From the IMG/VR virus record IMGVR_UViG_3300036546_000248: a stretch of DNA of 64,000 nucleotides; one strand, 5' to 3'. Made by a program: the position numbers and the translations under genes. Positions 29,461 through 39,615 of this stretch are shown piece by piece. Each line of letters opens with the position of its first letter. Position 1 is the first letter of the stretch. Source of the DNA: a virus. Its lineage: Duplodnaviria; Caudoviricetes. A model generated the notes under the pieces. That model saw nothing but the letters and a program-made list of their open reading frames with translations. It made no database searches and was not told where the DNA came from.

Positions 29461-30276
29461 ATGGACTTTACCATTTCATTGGAACAACAGGCGTCTCTGT
29501 TGTCGATGGAGGCATTCAACGTCAAAGCGTCGATGCAAGCCGTCACTCGTGTTTTCCCTTCGTTTGCCCGTAACGTTCAGGACAAACTGAAAACCTTTCT
29601 GGCCACCGAACCTCCGATGATCCCGGCAGTAAAGCCCTTGAGCATGGCCAAACTCAAGAGCATCAATTTCGCCGCTCATCGCAAGACCCAAGTCTATGGA
29701 CCTTTGGGACTGAAGGTCACTTACGGTGAGTACCTCCACGCCCTCGATGCATCGATTGATGTGGTGACCCAACTCCAAGAAAAGCAGGTGGGTGCGCTCA
29801 CTCAATTTGCTAACGGCTTGTTGGCAGAACCAGGTCGCTTCAATAGCGCCCGTTCCGATAAGCCAGTCCTGCCGTTTGGGGAAGACACTATCGTTGAGTG
29901 CCGCAAGAAGATCGACAAGTGCGTGGATCGTGCCAGCACCCAATCGATTCACGAATACGGCAAGCTGTTTCGCAACAACACCGAAGTACACATCACCACG
30001 GAACAGGTCAACGGTATGATCGACCGCTACCTGCGCGTTAACCGTGAAGAGCTGATTCAATCGGTGGCTGATTGCGTGGACGTACTGGAACGCATGGCTG
30101 ATCGCCTGGAACACGACGATAGCTTCAAGCCTAACGGTGCAACGCTGTCTGCACTGACTCAAGGCATCCTCACCACCGCTAAACTGGTTGAGTTCTTTTC
30201 GGTCACAGGCTTCCTGCTTGCAGAAGTCGCCGGTTGTGTACAAGAGACCAATAAAGGCGTTGAGCGCTTGGCGTAA
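29461..30276 (+). CDS. virion head protein with putative protease-cleaved propeptide
   Basis: GAGG RBS; N-terminal SLE and SME-A motifs match the S/A/G-x-E specificity of phiKZ-type prohead proteases. Confidence 0.6.
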   Translation: MDFTISLEQQASLLSMEAFNVKASMQAVTRVFPSFARNVQDKLKTFLATEPPMIPAVKPLSMAKLKSINFAAHRKTQVYGPLGLKVTYGEYLHALDASIDVVTQLQEKQVGALTQFANGLLAEPGRFNSARSDKPVLPFGEDTIVECRKKIDKCVDRASTQSIHEYGKLFRNNTEVHITTEQVNGMIDRYLRVNREELIQSVADCVDVLERMADRLEHDDSFKPNGATLSALTQGILTTAKLVEFFSVTGFLLAEVAGCVQETNKGVERLA

Positions 30277-30335
30277 CGGGCATAAACACCTGACTACCCC
30301 ATCCCATCCAGGGAGGGGTAGTCAGCCTATGCCGC
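30277..30335. terminator. bidirectional hairpin with GGGCATA / TATGCCG arms
   Basis: CTGACTACCCC...GGGGTAGTCAG between convergent genes. Confidence 0.7.
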
Positions 30336-30340
30336 TTATA

Positions 30341-30748
30341 TCAAGCCGCTTGTAGGCGCGTGTGGTTAACCACGCCGCGAATGTCGTCGACCATGACCTC
30401 GTCGGTATCGTAACGCAACCATTGAGGGATATTGGCCACCAGCTTGTCGTAGGTACTTTCAGATGCAGTGTTGAGATCCACGCCCTCCAACTCAATACCC
30501 TCCCAAATCCGTTTGGACACCATCGCTGGAAATTCCAGCGCCTCAGGGCATGAAGCCAGACCCAGCGTAGCATTCAGACGCTCCAACTCATCCGGCGTTA
30601 TCGCTTTGAGATGACGCATCCCCGAGAACACACCGACCAACAACATCAGCTTCTTCCCGTAGCGCGGCAACCCGAAACGAAGAATCACGCCGAGTAGCCG
30701 GCGATTGCAGCGCTCGAGCTTCTCCGTTGCAGTTCCGATCAGGTTCAT
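30341..30748 (-). CDS. hypothetical protein
   Basis: 135-aa ORF downstream of RNase H. Confidence 0.7.
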   Translation of the reverse strand: MNLIGTATEKLERCNRRLLGVILRFGLPRYGKKLMLLVGVFSGMRHLKAITPDELERLNATLGLASCPEALEFPAMVSKRIWEGIELEGVDLNTASESTYDKLVANIPQWLRYDTDEVMVDDIRGVVNHTRLQAA

Positions 30749-30760
30749 GTATAGACCTAC

Positions 30761-32449
30761 TTAACCAGGTAGTAGACAAATGTTTGAATAAACACTCGCC
30801 CAGATGCCTGCGTCATCCACTGTTTCAATCACCACGCCATACCGGAAGGCCTGATCGCTTTCACGCCAGGTGACCACCGTTACAGTCGGCGATTGTTCCG
30901 CAATCCCAGACATCAGGTTACGGATACCGACGTCCAACCCAAAGGTGATCGGGATTTTAAATTCCCCGCTCTTAACCCCCGTGTCGTACGCTGCAACAAC
31001 GTCCATCTTTTTGACGGCATTGTTGATGCTCGGCAACAGTTTATTAACAGGCTTCTTGGCGGATTTATCCTCCGCGTAAAACATTGAGGTGATATCCGTC
31101 TTAACCAGCGGGATCGACTGCTCCAAATCCAAATGGTTTCGAAGCACCTCTTCGAGTGCAGAGAGGTTTTCAGCCAATCGGAACGCGGTCAACGGCGGAC
31201 GCAGCTCACGGGTCAGTAACACATCGTTTGCCGTACAAACGTCATTACGACCGAAGTTTGGAGTGTGAAGGAAGTTAGTACCGTTTTCCTGAATATCGGC
31301 GTAGTTCGTCGCACTCAGAATGTTGGACAACCGCCCCACGATGACGTTGCTGAACTCACCCTTGTCCAGTTCGTCTTGGTAAGTGGTCAAACGTTCCAAA
31401 ACAGGATCGCTTTCTTTGAAGTACAGTACCGCAAAACCTGCATCACTTACCTTCTTGCCAATGAATTCATCCTCAGTACCGTGGTCGCCCACGAAGTACA
31501 CCACACGATCGTCGGGGGATTTGAGAGGGCCACCCACATGCGTGTTGAAGTACCAGTACGGGTGATTCAAAAGCTTATTGTACGAAACTTTGTTCGTCCA
31601 ATACCCTTTGGCTTCGGTGATCTTGTGTTCATTGATCTCCAAACCCTTTCGGCCAGCAATGATGCAGCGTGAGGCTTGGGCATCGACGAGAGTGTTACCA
31701 AAATCGCCAGCATGACCCTGCACCCACTCCAGCTGTACATTGCACCCGTTTGCACGCAGTTGACGAGCGAGTTTCAATAGCTCGATCCACTCTTCCACGT
31801 TAGCCACAGGTTCACCGTCACGACGGCGCCAGCCTTGCGCTTCCCAGTTATCGCAGTACGTCAAACCCTTTATGACGTAGTTACTATCCGTCAACAACAA
31901 CAGATCTTTTACACCGTGCGCTATAGCATACCGCAGCGCATTCGTCGCTGCTGTCAATTCAGCGATGTTGTTGGTGCTGATTGGGATCAAACTACCGTAA
32001 CCATCCAGGTATTTCACCGGTGTCACTACTTGGATTTTGTCGATGGTCATCTGGGTACGAGGGAAGAAAGAACCCAAGCCTTCCATCGACTTCAATTCTT
32101 CATAGGTCGTCTTGTCATCGACATACCCCATGTTGGTCAGTACTGCTTGACACCCAGAGCCTTGTTTGGGTACGTCCAAGGTATAGAGATATCCATGAAC
32201 ACCCCAACCACCGATACCCCGAGACGGCTTACATCCCCCATCGCTATAAAAGACAGCGCCCAGATCACGACGCTCCATCGCCTCGATGGTTTTCTTGGCT
32301 ACGTCGAGTGGGTTGATGGGTTTTGAGAGATCCTGTCCACTCAGAGCTTCAGCCACGGTTGCTACAGCCGCCATGGCTTCAGGGGAAAGCTTGCCCTTGG
32401 TATGGGAACCAAACAATCCAGCATTTTTGATTTTAATAGTGTCAGTCAC
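30761..32449 (-). CDS. rnh: RNase HI with long C-terminal extension (phiKZ gp155-like)
   Basis: YSDGGC, TNNIAEL, LTDSNYVIKG, W..QGWRR.DG.PVAN, WVQGHAG..GN..D. Confidence 0.9.
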   Translation of the reverse strand: MTDTIKIKNAGLFGSHTKGKLSPEAMAAVATVAEALSGQDLSKPINPLDVAKKTIEAMERRDLGAVFYSDGGCKPSRGIGGWGVHGYLYTLDVPKQGSGCQAVLTNMGYVDDKTTYEELKSMEGLGSFFPRTQMTIDKIQVVTPVKYLDGYGSLIPISTNNIAELTAATNALRYAIAHGVKDLLLLTDSNYVIKGLTYCDNWEAQGWRRRDGEPVANVEEWIELLKLARQLRANGCNVQLEWVQGHAGDFGNTLVDAQASRCIIAGRKGLEINEHKITEAKGYWTNKVSYNKLLNHPYWYFNTHVGGPLKSPDDRVVYFVGDHGTEDEFIGKKVSDAGFAVLYFKESDPVLERLTTYQDELDKGEFSNVIVGRLSNILSATNYADIQENGTNFLHTPNFGRNDVCTANDVLLTRELRPPLTAFRLAENLSALEEVLRNHLDLEQSIPLVKTDITSMFYAEDKSAKKPVNKLLPSINNAVKKMDVVAAYDTGVKSGEFKIPITFGLDVGIRNLMSGIAEQSPTVTVVTWRESDQAFRYGVVIETVDDAGIWASVYSNICLLPG

Positions 32450-32502
32450 AGTCTTGGCCTTTTAGTCCGGTCTACTACTTCATAGCGCTTTGCTATAAGC
32501 TT

Positions 32503-32979
32503 TTACTGGACCGGTTTAGGGTAACCTAACCGATCACGCAACATCTCGATAGTGAGTCTCATCTCACCCAGACGCTCTTCACGCAATTGGATGGTTTTAT
32601 TGGCCTCAGCCAAATCAATCTCATACTGGTGGTTCTGTTGCTTAAGCTCAACCACCTCGATCCGAATGGCCGACAGCTCTTCGGTCAATTTTCGGTGATC
32701 GGCTTCCACCACCTCAAAACCTCGTTTAAGTTCACGAATCTTTTCTTGGTTGGCCATAAGCGTATCCAAGTGATCCAGATTTAGCATGAACAAAACGATA
32801 CACGCCAAGAACACACCCAGTACCGCTCGGTTGTGTATGATGGCTTCACGAAAGTCTTTGTTCTTGATAAAGACTTCCTTCAAAAACGGTAACAGCTTAA
32901 CCAGTAAGCCGAACAGCGCTACGATATTGGTCACAGACGGCTCCTTAAAAACTCGTAATACTATAGACAGCCCAGTCAC
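32503..32979 (-). CDS. membrane protein with C-terminal coiled coil
   Basis: hydrophobic segments NIVALFGLLVKLLPFL and AVLGVFLACIVLFML followed by heptad-rich sequence. Confidence 0.6.
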   Translation of the reverse strand: MTGLSIVLRVFKEPSVTNIVALFGLLVKLLPFLKEVFIKNKDFREAIIHNRAVLGVFLACIVLFMLNLDHLDTLMANQEKIRELKRGFEVVEADHRKLTEELSAIRIEVVELKQQNHQYEIDLAEANKTIQLREERLGEMRLTIEMLRDRLGYPKPVQ

Positions 32980-33008
32980 GGAACTCCCAGATAATTGAGG
33001 TAAATTCC

Positions 33009-34463
33009 ATGTATATTCTCAAAGGCTTTATGGTGATTTCACCACTGGCCGACAACACGGTGAACGTGATCGCACCGCTGGGGGAACTTTCCACCCAAAG
33101 CTACACGTACGCCAAAGAAAAAGGTCAGTACACCAATCCCAGTTACAAAGACGTTGTGCTCACAACCTTCCGTAGTAAATCGGTGGAAGAGGAAACTGAG
33201 ACCTTGGTGGTGGTACCCATCGTCCATCAAAACGCCGCGTTGCAGATCGGACAGTGGCTTTACACCAAAGCCGAACTGGGTGAGCTTAACAGCAATTACC
33301 AACGCTGTCAAGAACTACTTCAAGCGCAATTTGGCAACCTGGTCAGCAACATCAAAGTTGGCCAAATGCAAACTGACCGCACCCGTTGGCTACCCGAATG
33401 GGTCAGCTACACCCTCACCGGTAGCAACAACGAGGTTAAGTTCTGGTTCAGTGACGCGGCTTTCCAAGACCAGTACGACGAATACGAAATCGAATTCGTT
33501 CCTGCACTGGAACCTCTGGATAGTTTCTTCAACGATCCTCTCGTGGTTCAAGCGGCCTTGGCTGCACGCAGCATGACGGCGATCTTTAACCGGATCGAGG
33601 AAGTCAAGAACAAGCAACCTTATACCAGCTTGCTCAACCAGGAGTTCGAGTACCGTGGTGGTCCTATTGGTGAAAACCGACTGATGACCAATTGGACGGT
33701 GATGATTTGGGGTGTGGCGGGTAACAACCCGGACATCATCAAAGAAGAGCTGGCCGAGTATATCCTTGGTAACACCAAACACACCGAAGAAGAATGGATC
33801 AAGATCTTTCCTGACATCTTCACCAACACGGAATTCATCCTAATGCCATTCTGGGATCAGTATGCTATTCCAAACCGCACCATCGTAACTGGCATGTACT
33901 CGCCGAGTACGCACCTGCTGTCAGCCCTGTCTCTGGCTTACGCTGCTGTGAAAGGTAAGGGGTATTACCGGGAACACGTCCAGCAGAACCTGGTGCTGTC
34001 CTCGGTCTTGTACAAGTCGCTGGCCTTTGCTGCGGTAGGTGGACCCTACAACCGTGATGGCATTTATCGCCTTGACATGAAGTGGGAAGATTATCTGATC
34101 GTACCCACTACGTCGCCCGACTTTAACCGGATGGATATCAAAACGCAGGAATGGATCACGCTCTTTTACGAGATGTTGATCGTGGCTGAGAACGCCACAC
34201 CTACGTCGAGCATTCCGCGCGGCATGAGTCGTGTAATCCGCAATGGGGTAATGTACATCGCAGCAAGCTTTGAACGCGTACTGTATTTGGTGCTGACGCG
34301 GTACACGGTTCAGGAGATTGAAACCTCCCCCGAACGTTTCCCGTGGGTGCCTGAACGTGGGTTGATTCTGACTGACTCGACTGACACGTTGTACATGATC
34401 GACCAAGAGGAAAACCTCTTGTCTCGGATGGTAGTGACGAACGATCCGTTGGCATTAACATAA
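33009..34463 (+). CDS. conserved virion structural protein (phiKZ gp157-like position)
   Basis: 484-aa ORF divergent from the RNase H unit; synteny. Confidence 0.7.
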   Translation: MYILKGFMVISPLADNTVNVIAPLGELSTQSYTYAKEKGQYTNPSYKDVVLTTFRSKSVEEETETLVVVPIVHQNAALQIGQWLYTKAELGELNSNYQRCQELLQAQFGNLVSNIKVGQMQTDRTRWLPEWVSYTLTGSNNEVKFWFSDAAFQDQYDEYEIEFVPALEPLDSFFNDPLVVQAALAARSMTAIFNRIEEVKNKQPYTSLLNQEFEYRGGPIGENRLMTNWTVMIWGVAGNNPDIIKEELAEYILGNTKHTEEEWIKIFPDIFTNTEFILMPFWDQYAIPNRTIVTGMYSPSTHLLSALSLAYAAVKGKGYYREHVQQNLVLSSVLYKSLAFAAVGGPYNRDGIYRLDMKWEDYLIVPTTSPDFNRMDIKTQEWITLFYEMLIVAENATPTSSIPRGMSRVIRNGVMYIAASFERVLYLVLTRYTVQEIETSPERFPWVPERGLILTDSTDTLYMIDQEENLLSRMVVTNDPLALT

Positions 34464-34473
34464 AGCATTACAT

Positions 34474-34513
34474 CCCTCAGGGCCTTCGGGCCCTGAGGGG
34501 TGGTTTTATGTCC
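34474..34513 (+). terminator. GC hairpin followed by TTTTATGTCC
   Basis: CCCTCAGGGCC-TTCG-GGCCCTGAGGG. Confidence 0.75.
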
Positions 34514-34583
34514 AGACTTCGAGGTATAACCCTCCGTAATTCTATGAGAGAGGCCAAACTCTTATAACCACGAGGAACATGAC

Positions 34584-35951
34584 ATGTCTACCCTTCTCGA
34601 TCAACAAACCGAGGTACACGTTCAGCTCGGTAACGGCGCACCGGCATTTCTGCCTACTGCGATCGGTCAACACTACATCGACATCGCCAACCGCCGCGTT
34701 TACCAATCGGTAGGCATCAACTCTGTCGAAGACTGGTCGGTACCGCTGGCCAATATGGCTGACCTTGATGCTCTACCTAAGACCAAAGTCGACTTCGGTC
34801 TCGGTAACGTCGAAGACTACGGCGTTGCCAGCCAGTCTGAAGCCGAACTGGGTCAGGCCAATGACCGCTACATGACGCCTCTGCGTGTCACTCAGCTGCT
34901 CAATGCCCTGTTCATGCCGGTCCTCGACACCTTCATGGCTCGTCGCGACAACCCGCATCAGGTCACTGCTGAACAAGTCGGTGCACTGACTTCGGAAGCC
35001 ACCCAACTGCTGTTGGATGAGAAACTGGCTGAAGGCGACCTCGCCGGTTTGCTGCAAGCATTCTGGGCGGAAAAGGTCGGCAGTGCTCCGGAAACTCTGG
35101 ATACCATCCAAGAGATCTCTGCTGCGCTGCAAAACAACCCGGACGTTATCACTGTCCTGCAACAGTTGGTCAATGACAACGCCGCTGCGATTGGTGCGTT
35201 GGAAACTCGTGTTGATGGTATCGATGCTGAGATCACCCAAACGCAAGCAGACTTCGCCGCTGGCGTGCAGGCCGTTAACGACCGCGTTGATGCTGAAGCC
35301 CTGGCTCGCAACACTGCTGACCAAGCGCTTGATGACAAGATTGTTGAAGTCGACACGCGTCTGTCTGCCGGTAAGGTTGACGTAGGCGGTGACATCTCCA
35401 CCAACACTGTCACTCAAGGTGAAGGTGAAGCGGCTCAACAGGTTGCCCTGAGCGTTCTGATTGCTCAGCTTCAGGCGGGTATTTCTGAAGCAGGCGATGC
35501 CAGTGACCTCGAAGCACTACAGGCTGCATTCAATGCGTTTGTTGCGGCTAAAGCCACTGCCGCTGAAGTCATCGCCGGTCTGGATGATGAGAAATACACC
35601 ACTGCCATGGCAGTTAAAGGTGCTATTGACCAAGCCGTCGCCGAATTGGTGGGTACTGCTCCTGAAGCACTGGATACCATCCAAGAGCTGGCTGAAGCGC
35701 TACAGAACAACCCTGATGTGATCGCTGGTCTGGTTGACCAGATCGCTACTAAGGAAACGCCTGAAGGCGCACAAGCTAAAGCCGATGCCGCTCTGGTTGA
35801 AGCCAAAGCCTACGCCGACACCACTGCAGCTTCCAGCGTTGAAGCCGCTCAGCTGTACAGCGACAGCACCACCCAAGCCCTGATCGACGAACTCAACCGC
35901 CTGGCTGCTGAGATCGAAGGGTCTGGTACCGAAGAAGTACAGGCACAGTAA
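34584..35951 (+). CDS. Ala/acidic-rich fibre-like structural protein
   Basis: GLGNVEDYG, RRDNPHQVTAEQVG and two APE(T/A)LDTIQE...NNPD fibre motifs. Confidence 0.7.
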   Translation: MSTLLDQQTEVHVQLGNGAPAFLPTAIGQHYIDIANRRVYQSVGINSVEDWSVPLANMADLDALPKTKVDFGLGNVEDYGVASQSEAELGQANDRYMTPLRVTQLLNALFMPVLDTFMARRDNPHQVTAEQVGALTSEATQLLLDEKLAEGDLAGLLQAFWAEKVGSAPETLDTIQEISAALQNNPDVITVLQQLVNDNAAAIGALETRVDGIDAEITQTQADFAAGVQAVNDRVDAEALARNTADQALDDKIVEVDTRLSAGKVDVGGDISTNTVTQGEGEAAQQVALSVLIAQLQAGISEAGDASDLEALQAAFNAFVAAKATAAEVIAGLDDEKYTTAMAVKGAIDQAVAELVGTAPEALDTIQELAEALQNNPDVIAGLVDQIATKETPEGAQAKADAALVEAKAYADTTAASSVEAAQLYSDSTTQALIDELNRLAAEIEGSGTEEVQAQ

Positions 35952-36035
35952 CACCTGTACTTAAGTGAGCACTCTTAAGACCGTTCTTTTTAATCGGAAC
36001 GGTTTGTTTAATTCAGTCCATGGGGATGTAAAAAA

Positions 36036-38870
36036 ATGGCAATGTCTAATGCGGAACTCGAAGTTGCCCTGAAATCGGGTCTTCAACGCTTGGTTACCGC
36101 TCTGGCCAACAAAGTTGCGCCGGACTCTCTCTTACTCGAAGGCAAGTCTCTGGCTGAAATCACCAGCCTGATCCTCGCTGGTAAAGCCGCCACTGCAGGC
36201 ACAGCCGACAACGCACTGGCTGTAGGTGGTAAGGACCTCACCACGCTGGAAAGCGAGCGTAATGCTCAGCTGGTTGCTGCCATCGATGCCCTGCGTATCG
36301 AACTGGAAGGCGAAATCAGCAACGTCACAGCTGAATCCCTCGGTCTGGGTAACGTCGTTAATTACGGTATTGCCACCGAAGAAGAAGCTCTGGCTGGTGC
36401 CGTTGACAAATACGTCACTGCTGCTCTGGCAGTCAAGATCGCTCAGGTCAAGATCGACGAAATCGTTGGGGCAGCTCCAGAGACTCTGGACACCCTGGCT
36501 GAAATCGCCACGGCTCTGAAAAACGATCCGGACGTTATCAACACGCTGATGTCCAACATTGGCACTAACGCCACTGCGATCGAAGCGCTGGAAACTGCAA
36601 CTGCAGCGTTCGAAGCCAAGGTACTGAGCTACTTTGACGTTGACGGCAATGCCAACAACGCCAACCTGCTTGCTGGCAAGACTCTGGACGAAGTCCTGGC
36701 TCTGGCACGCGACGGCGTGGACATGTCCAATGTCGTTCTGAAGACCGACGACTTCAGTCAGTACATGGTCACTCTGACCGAAGGTGCTGAGGCCCAATCG
36801 ATCAAGCAAGTCTTTAATGATCTGGAGGCGGCTGACAAAGCTCAGGTTGCTGCAACTGAAGCGCTGGACGCCAAGGTTGAACAGAACGCCACTGCTACTA
36901 CTGAAGCCCTGGCCCTCAAGGCCAACCAAGCTGACGTAGACGCAGCCGTTGACGGCATCAACACTGCGCTGTCGACCAAGGTTGAAGTGGGTAGCAACAT
37001 CGCCACTAACACCCTCTTGGTTGGTGAAGGCGAAGGCGCTGCTGAAGTTGCTCTGTCGCAGATCATCGCTGACATCAATGCTGCAATCGCCGCTGGTGGT
37101 GCTGCATCGACTGAAGGTCTGGCTGACCTGCAAGCTGCTCTGGATGCGTTCATCGCAGCCAAGGCCACTGGCGAAGAAGCTATCGCTGGTACCGACGATG
37201 CCAAGTACATCACTGCGCTGGCCCTTAAAGCCGCACTGGATGCGCTGAACCTCGCTGGTAAACTCGACGTTGATGCCCAAGCCGTTGACTCGGCTAAGCT
37301 CGGCGGCAAGAGCTTGGAAGAAGTCATCGCTGACGCTCAAGCTGGCGTTGACATGTCGAACCTGGTCTTCAAGACCGACGACATGGGCCAATACTCCCTG
37401 GTTCTGGCCAGTGACGTAGAAGGCGAGCCGGTTCGTACCTTCAAGCAGATCCTCGACGCGTTCGAAGTGACGCTGGGTGAGAAAGCCACTGCTATTGATC
37501 TGGCTGCTGAAGTTGCAGCTCGTGAAGCACTGGACACTCGCCTGTCGGGTGAAATGGATGCTGTTGAGGCTCGGGCAACCGCGCTGGAAGACCGCGCCAC
37601 TGCGCTGGAATCCGACAAGCTCGACGCTACCGCGCAAGCTGTAGACTCGGCTAAGTTGGAAGGCAAGTCGATTGCTGACTTGACTGCCAGCGGTGAAGAA
37701 GCAGCTGCCGGTGTCATCACCGATAAGTTCATGACTCCCGGTACTGCCAAGGAAGCTTTCGATGCTCGTTGGGCTGAGAAAGTCGGTGCTGCGCCTGAGA
37801 CCCTCGATACGATCGAAGAGATCGCGTTGGCTCTGCGCAACAACCCAGATTCCCTGGCTGCAGTGGAAACCGTTGCCAAGCAGTACACCGATGCTGAAGT
37901 TCTGGCTGCCATTCAGCAGATCTCCGGCGAAGACATGGTTGCTGGCACCACGCTGGCTAGCCTGTACGCTCAGGTTCAAGCTCTGCAAACCTCCAAGCTG
38001 GACGCTACTGCGACTGCAGTAAACTCCGAGAAGCTCGGTGGCAAGAGCCTCATGGAAGTCATCGATTCGGCTATCCAGCCTGGTCGTCTGTTCTACCCGG
38101 TTGTCCATGTCAATGGTAGCCTGGAAGAAGACAACTACGTCATGCCGACTCCGGCTGATGTCTGGGCTCAGGTGAAGACCAACGCCGTTATGGAACAGGT
38201 CGACACCATCTACGCCGTGGGCGTCAAGCGTCTGCTGCCGGGTAACCTGCTGGCCCTGACCAATCAGGAAGGTATGACCCTGCGTGGTGCGGTGTCTGAG
38301 GCACAAGAAGGTCCTGGCTACGTTATCATGCGTGCCGGTATCGATGACACTGAGTGGACTGTGATCACTGACCCGATGCTGGGTTGCGTGGCTCGCCTGT
38401 CCAAGCACTGTGTCGTTGTCGGCGACAACACTGAGCGTTTCGTTCCGGGTCAGACGCTGTTCTACAACGGCTTCGAAGCTCTGAGCGAAAACGTGTACTA
38501 CGACTGGACGCTGATGGCGGACAAGGAGTGGGAAGTCGCTACCTTCACCGGTACTGACCTCGTGATCGACAGCGCTCGTTACCATCGCAGCGAAATCCGC
38601 ATTCAGTCCACCGGTCCGGTCACCGTGACGTTCGACGTCCCGACTGACCTGCCGTACGAGATGGAAGTGCGGTTCGTGAACCAGACTGGGGTCGAAGTGA
38701 CCTTCGCTGGTAGTAACGTGGTGTCGGTACCGCGTATGCAACAGTACACCCTGACTAAGGTCAACGGTGTGGTGCGTGCCGTACGTTACACCAACACCTC
38801 CGTTTCGTTGGCGGGTGATATGGATGAAGCGTTCTTCGTCAATCCGGATTACTCGGCACCTCAGGTCTAA
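36036..38870 (+). CDS. long Ala/acidic-rich fibre-like structural protein with internal repeats
   Basis: two APETLDT..EIA.AL.N.PD motifs, repeated AVDSAKL.GKS, duplicated GVDMSN.V.KTDD; beta-rich C-terminal domain. Confidence 0.72.
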   Translation: MAMSNAELEVALKSGLQRLVTALANKVAPDSLLLEGKSLAEITSLILAGKAATAGTADNALAVGGKDLTTLESERNAQLVAAIDALRIELEGEISNVTAESLGLGNVVNYGIATEEEALAGAVDKYVTAALAVKIAQVKIDEIVGAAPETLDTLAEIATALKNDPDVINTLMSNIGTNATAIEALETATAAFEAKVLSYFDVDGNANNANLLAGKTLDEVLALARDGVDMSNVVLKTDDFSQYMVTLTEGAEAQSIKQVFNDLEAADKAQVAATEALDAKVEQNATATTEALALKANQADVDAAVDGINTALSTKVEVGSNIATNTLLVGEGEGAAEVALSQIIADINAAIAAGGAASTEGLADLQAALDAFIAAKATGEEAIAGTDDAKYITALALKAALDALNLAGKLDVDAQAVDSAKLGGKSLEEVIADAQAGVDMSNLVFKTDDMGQYSLVLASDVEGEPVRTFKQILDAFEVTLGEKATAIDLAAEVAAREALDTRLSGEMDAVEARATALEDRATALESDKLDATAQAVDSAKLEGKSIADLTASGEEAAAGVITDKFMTPGTAKEAFDARWAEKVGAAPETLDTIEEIALALRNNPDSLAAVETVAKQYTDAEVLAAIQQISGEDMVAGTTLASLYAQVQALQTSKLDATATAVNSEKLGGKSLMEVIDSAIQPGRLFYPVVHVNGSLEEDNYVMPTPADVWAQVKTNAVMEQVDTIYAVGVKRLLPGNLLALTNQEGMTLRGAVSEAQEGPGYVIMRAGIDDTEWTVITDPMLGCVARLSKHCVVVGDNTERFVPGQTLFYNGFEALSENVYYDWTLMADKEWEVATFTGTDLVIDSARYHRSEIRIQSTGPVTVTFDVPTDLPYEMEVRFVNQTGVEVTFAGSNVVSVPRMQQYTLTKVNGVVRAVRYTNTSVSLAGDMDEAFFVNPDYSAPQV

Positions 38871-38881
38871 GTAACAATCGT

Positions 38882-38913
38882 GCAGCGAGGGGCAACCCTC
38901 GCTGTATGACGCC
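38882..38913 (+). terminator. GC hairpin followed by TATGACGCC
   Basis: GCAGCGAGGG-GCAA-CCCTCGCTGT. Confidence 0.7.
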
Positions 38914-38951
38914 TATTTAATGACAGTCGACTTCTTTTAAAAGGTTTAACC

Positions 38952-39569
38952 ATGGCCCGAATGACCCCACCGTTGCTTACAAAAGGGCGTTACACCCTGG
39001 TCAATCCGTTTGTGGCTGAGGACACCGTACTTTACACCTGTACGGCACTGCGTACTTTTGCTGAATGCGAAGTGGCGGGCGAAAACGTCTTACAGGACGT
39101 GTACCTCAAACACAACCTGACCGAACGTGAATACAACCGTGACTTGAATGCCGGTGCATTGTTGGTTACGTTGATGTCTGAGACTCAACCACCCATCTTT
39201 GTACCTGACACCTACATCGAGTCATACCCCAATCTCTCCGATGTCGTGTATAACCATGTGGTGTTAACCGTCTCCTTGGGATCAGTTCCAGATTTCCTGA
39301 ACTTCGATTTCCTCAAGGCGCAGATGGCTGCGCTGGTTTCCGATGTTATCGGTGTTACACCAGAAGTTAAGTTGGCGCGGGCAATCAGTAGCGGTATCGT
39401 CACCCCCGAACAACACGAAGCAATGGAAGTGGGGCGACAAGCAGCCATCAAGCTTCGTACCACCGATCGAGCAAAGAACGTAGAACTACAAAACAAGTGC
39501 ACCCGTCTGGAAGAGCAAAACAAGATTCTGGTCGAACTGCTTCAACAACACAACATCATTCCGATGTAA
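38952..39569 (+). CDS. conserved phiKZ-like hypothetical protein
   Basis: AAGG RBS; 205 aa; C-terminal coiled coil. Confidence 0.7.
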   Translation: MARMTPPLLTKGRYTLVNPFVAEDTVLYTCTALRTFAECEVAGENVLQDVYLKHNLTEREYNRDLNAGALLVTLMSETQPPIFVPDTYIESYPNLSDVVYNHVVLTVSLGSVPDFLNFDFLKAQMAALVSDVIGVTPEVKLARAISSGIVTPEQHEAMEVGRQAAIKLRTTDRAKNVELQNKCTRLEEQNKILVELLQQHNIIPM

Positions 39570-39570
39570 T

Positions 39571-39615
39571 GCGGCATACAGGGAGGCTTACGCCTCCCTG
39601 TAGCTGTTATGCTGC
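39571..39615. terminator. bidirectional hairpin with GCGGCATA / TATGCTGC arms
   Basis: ACAGGGAGGC-TTAC-GCCTCCCTGT between convergent genes. Confidence 0.75.

Noticed and set aside
36132-38741. 869-aa antisense ORF
   Set aside because: It lies exactly opposite the strongly codon-biased fibre gene, has no RBS context and gives unprotein-like composition; this is a shadow ORF.
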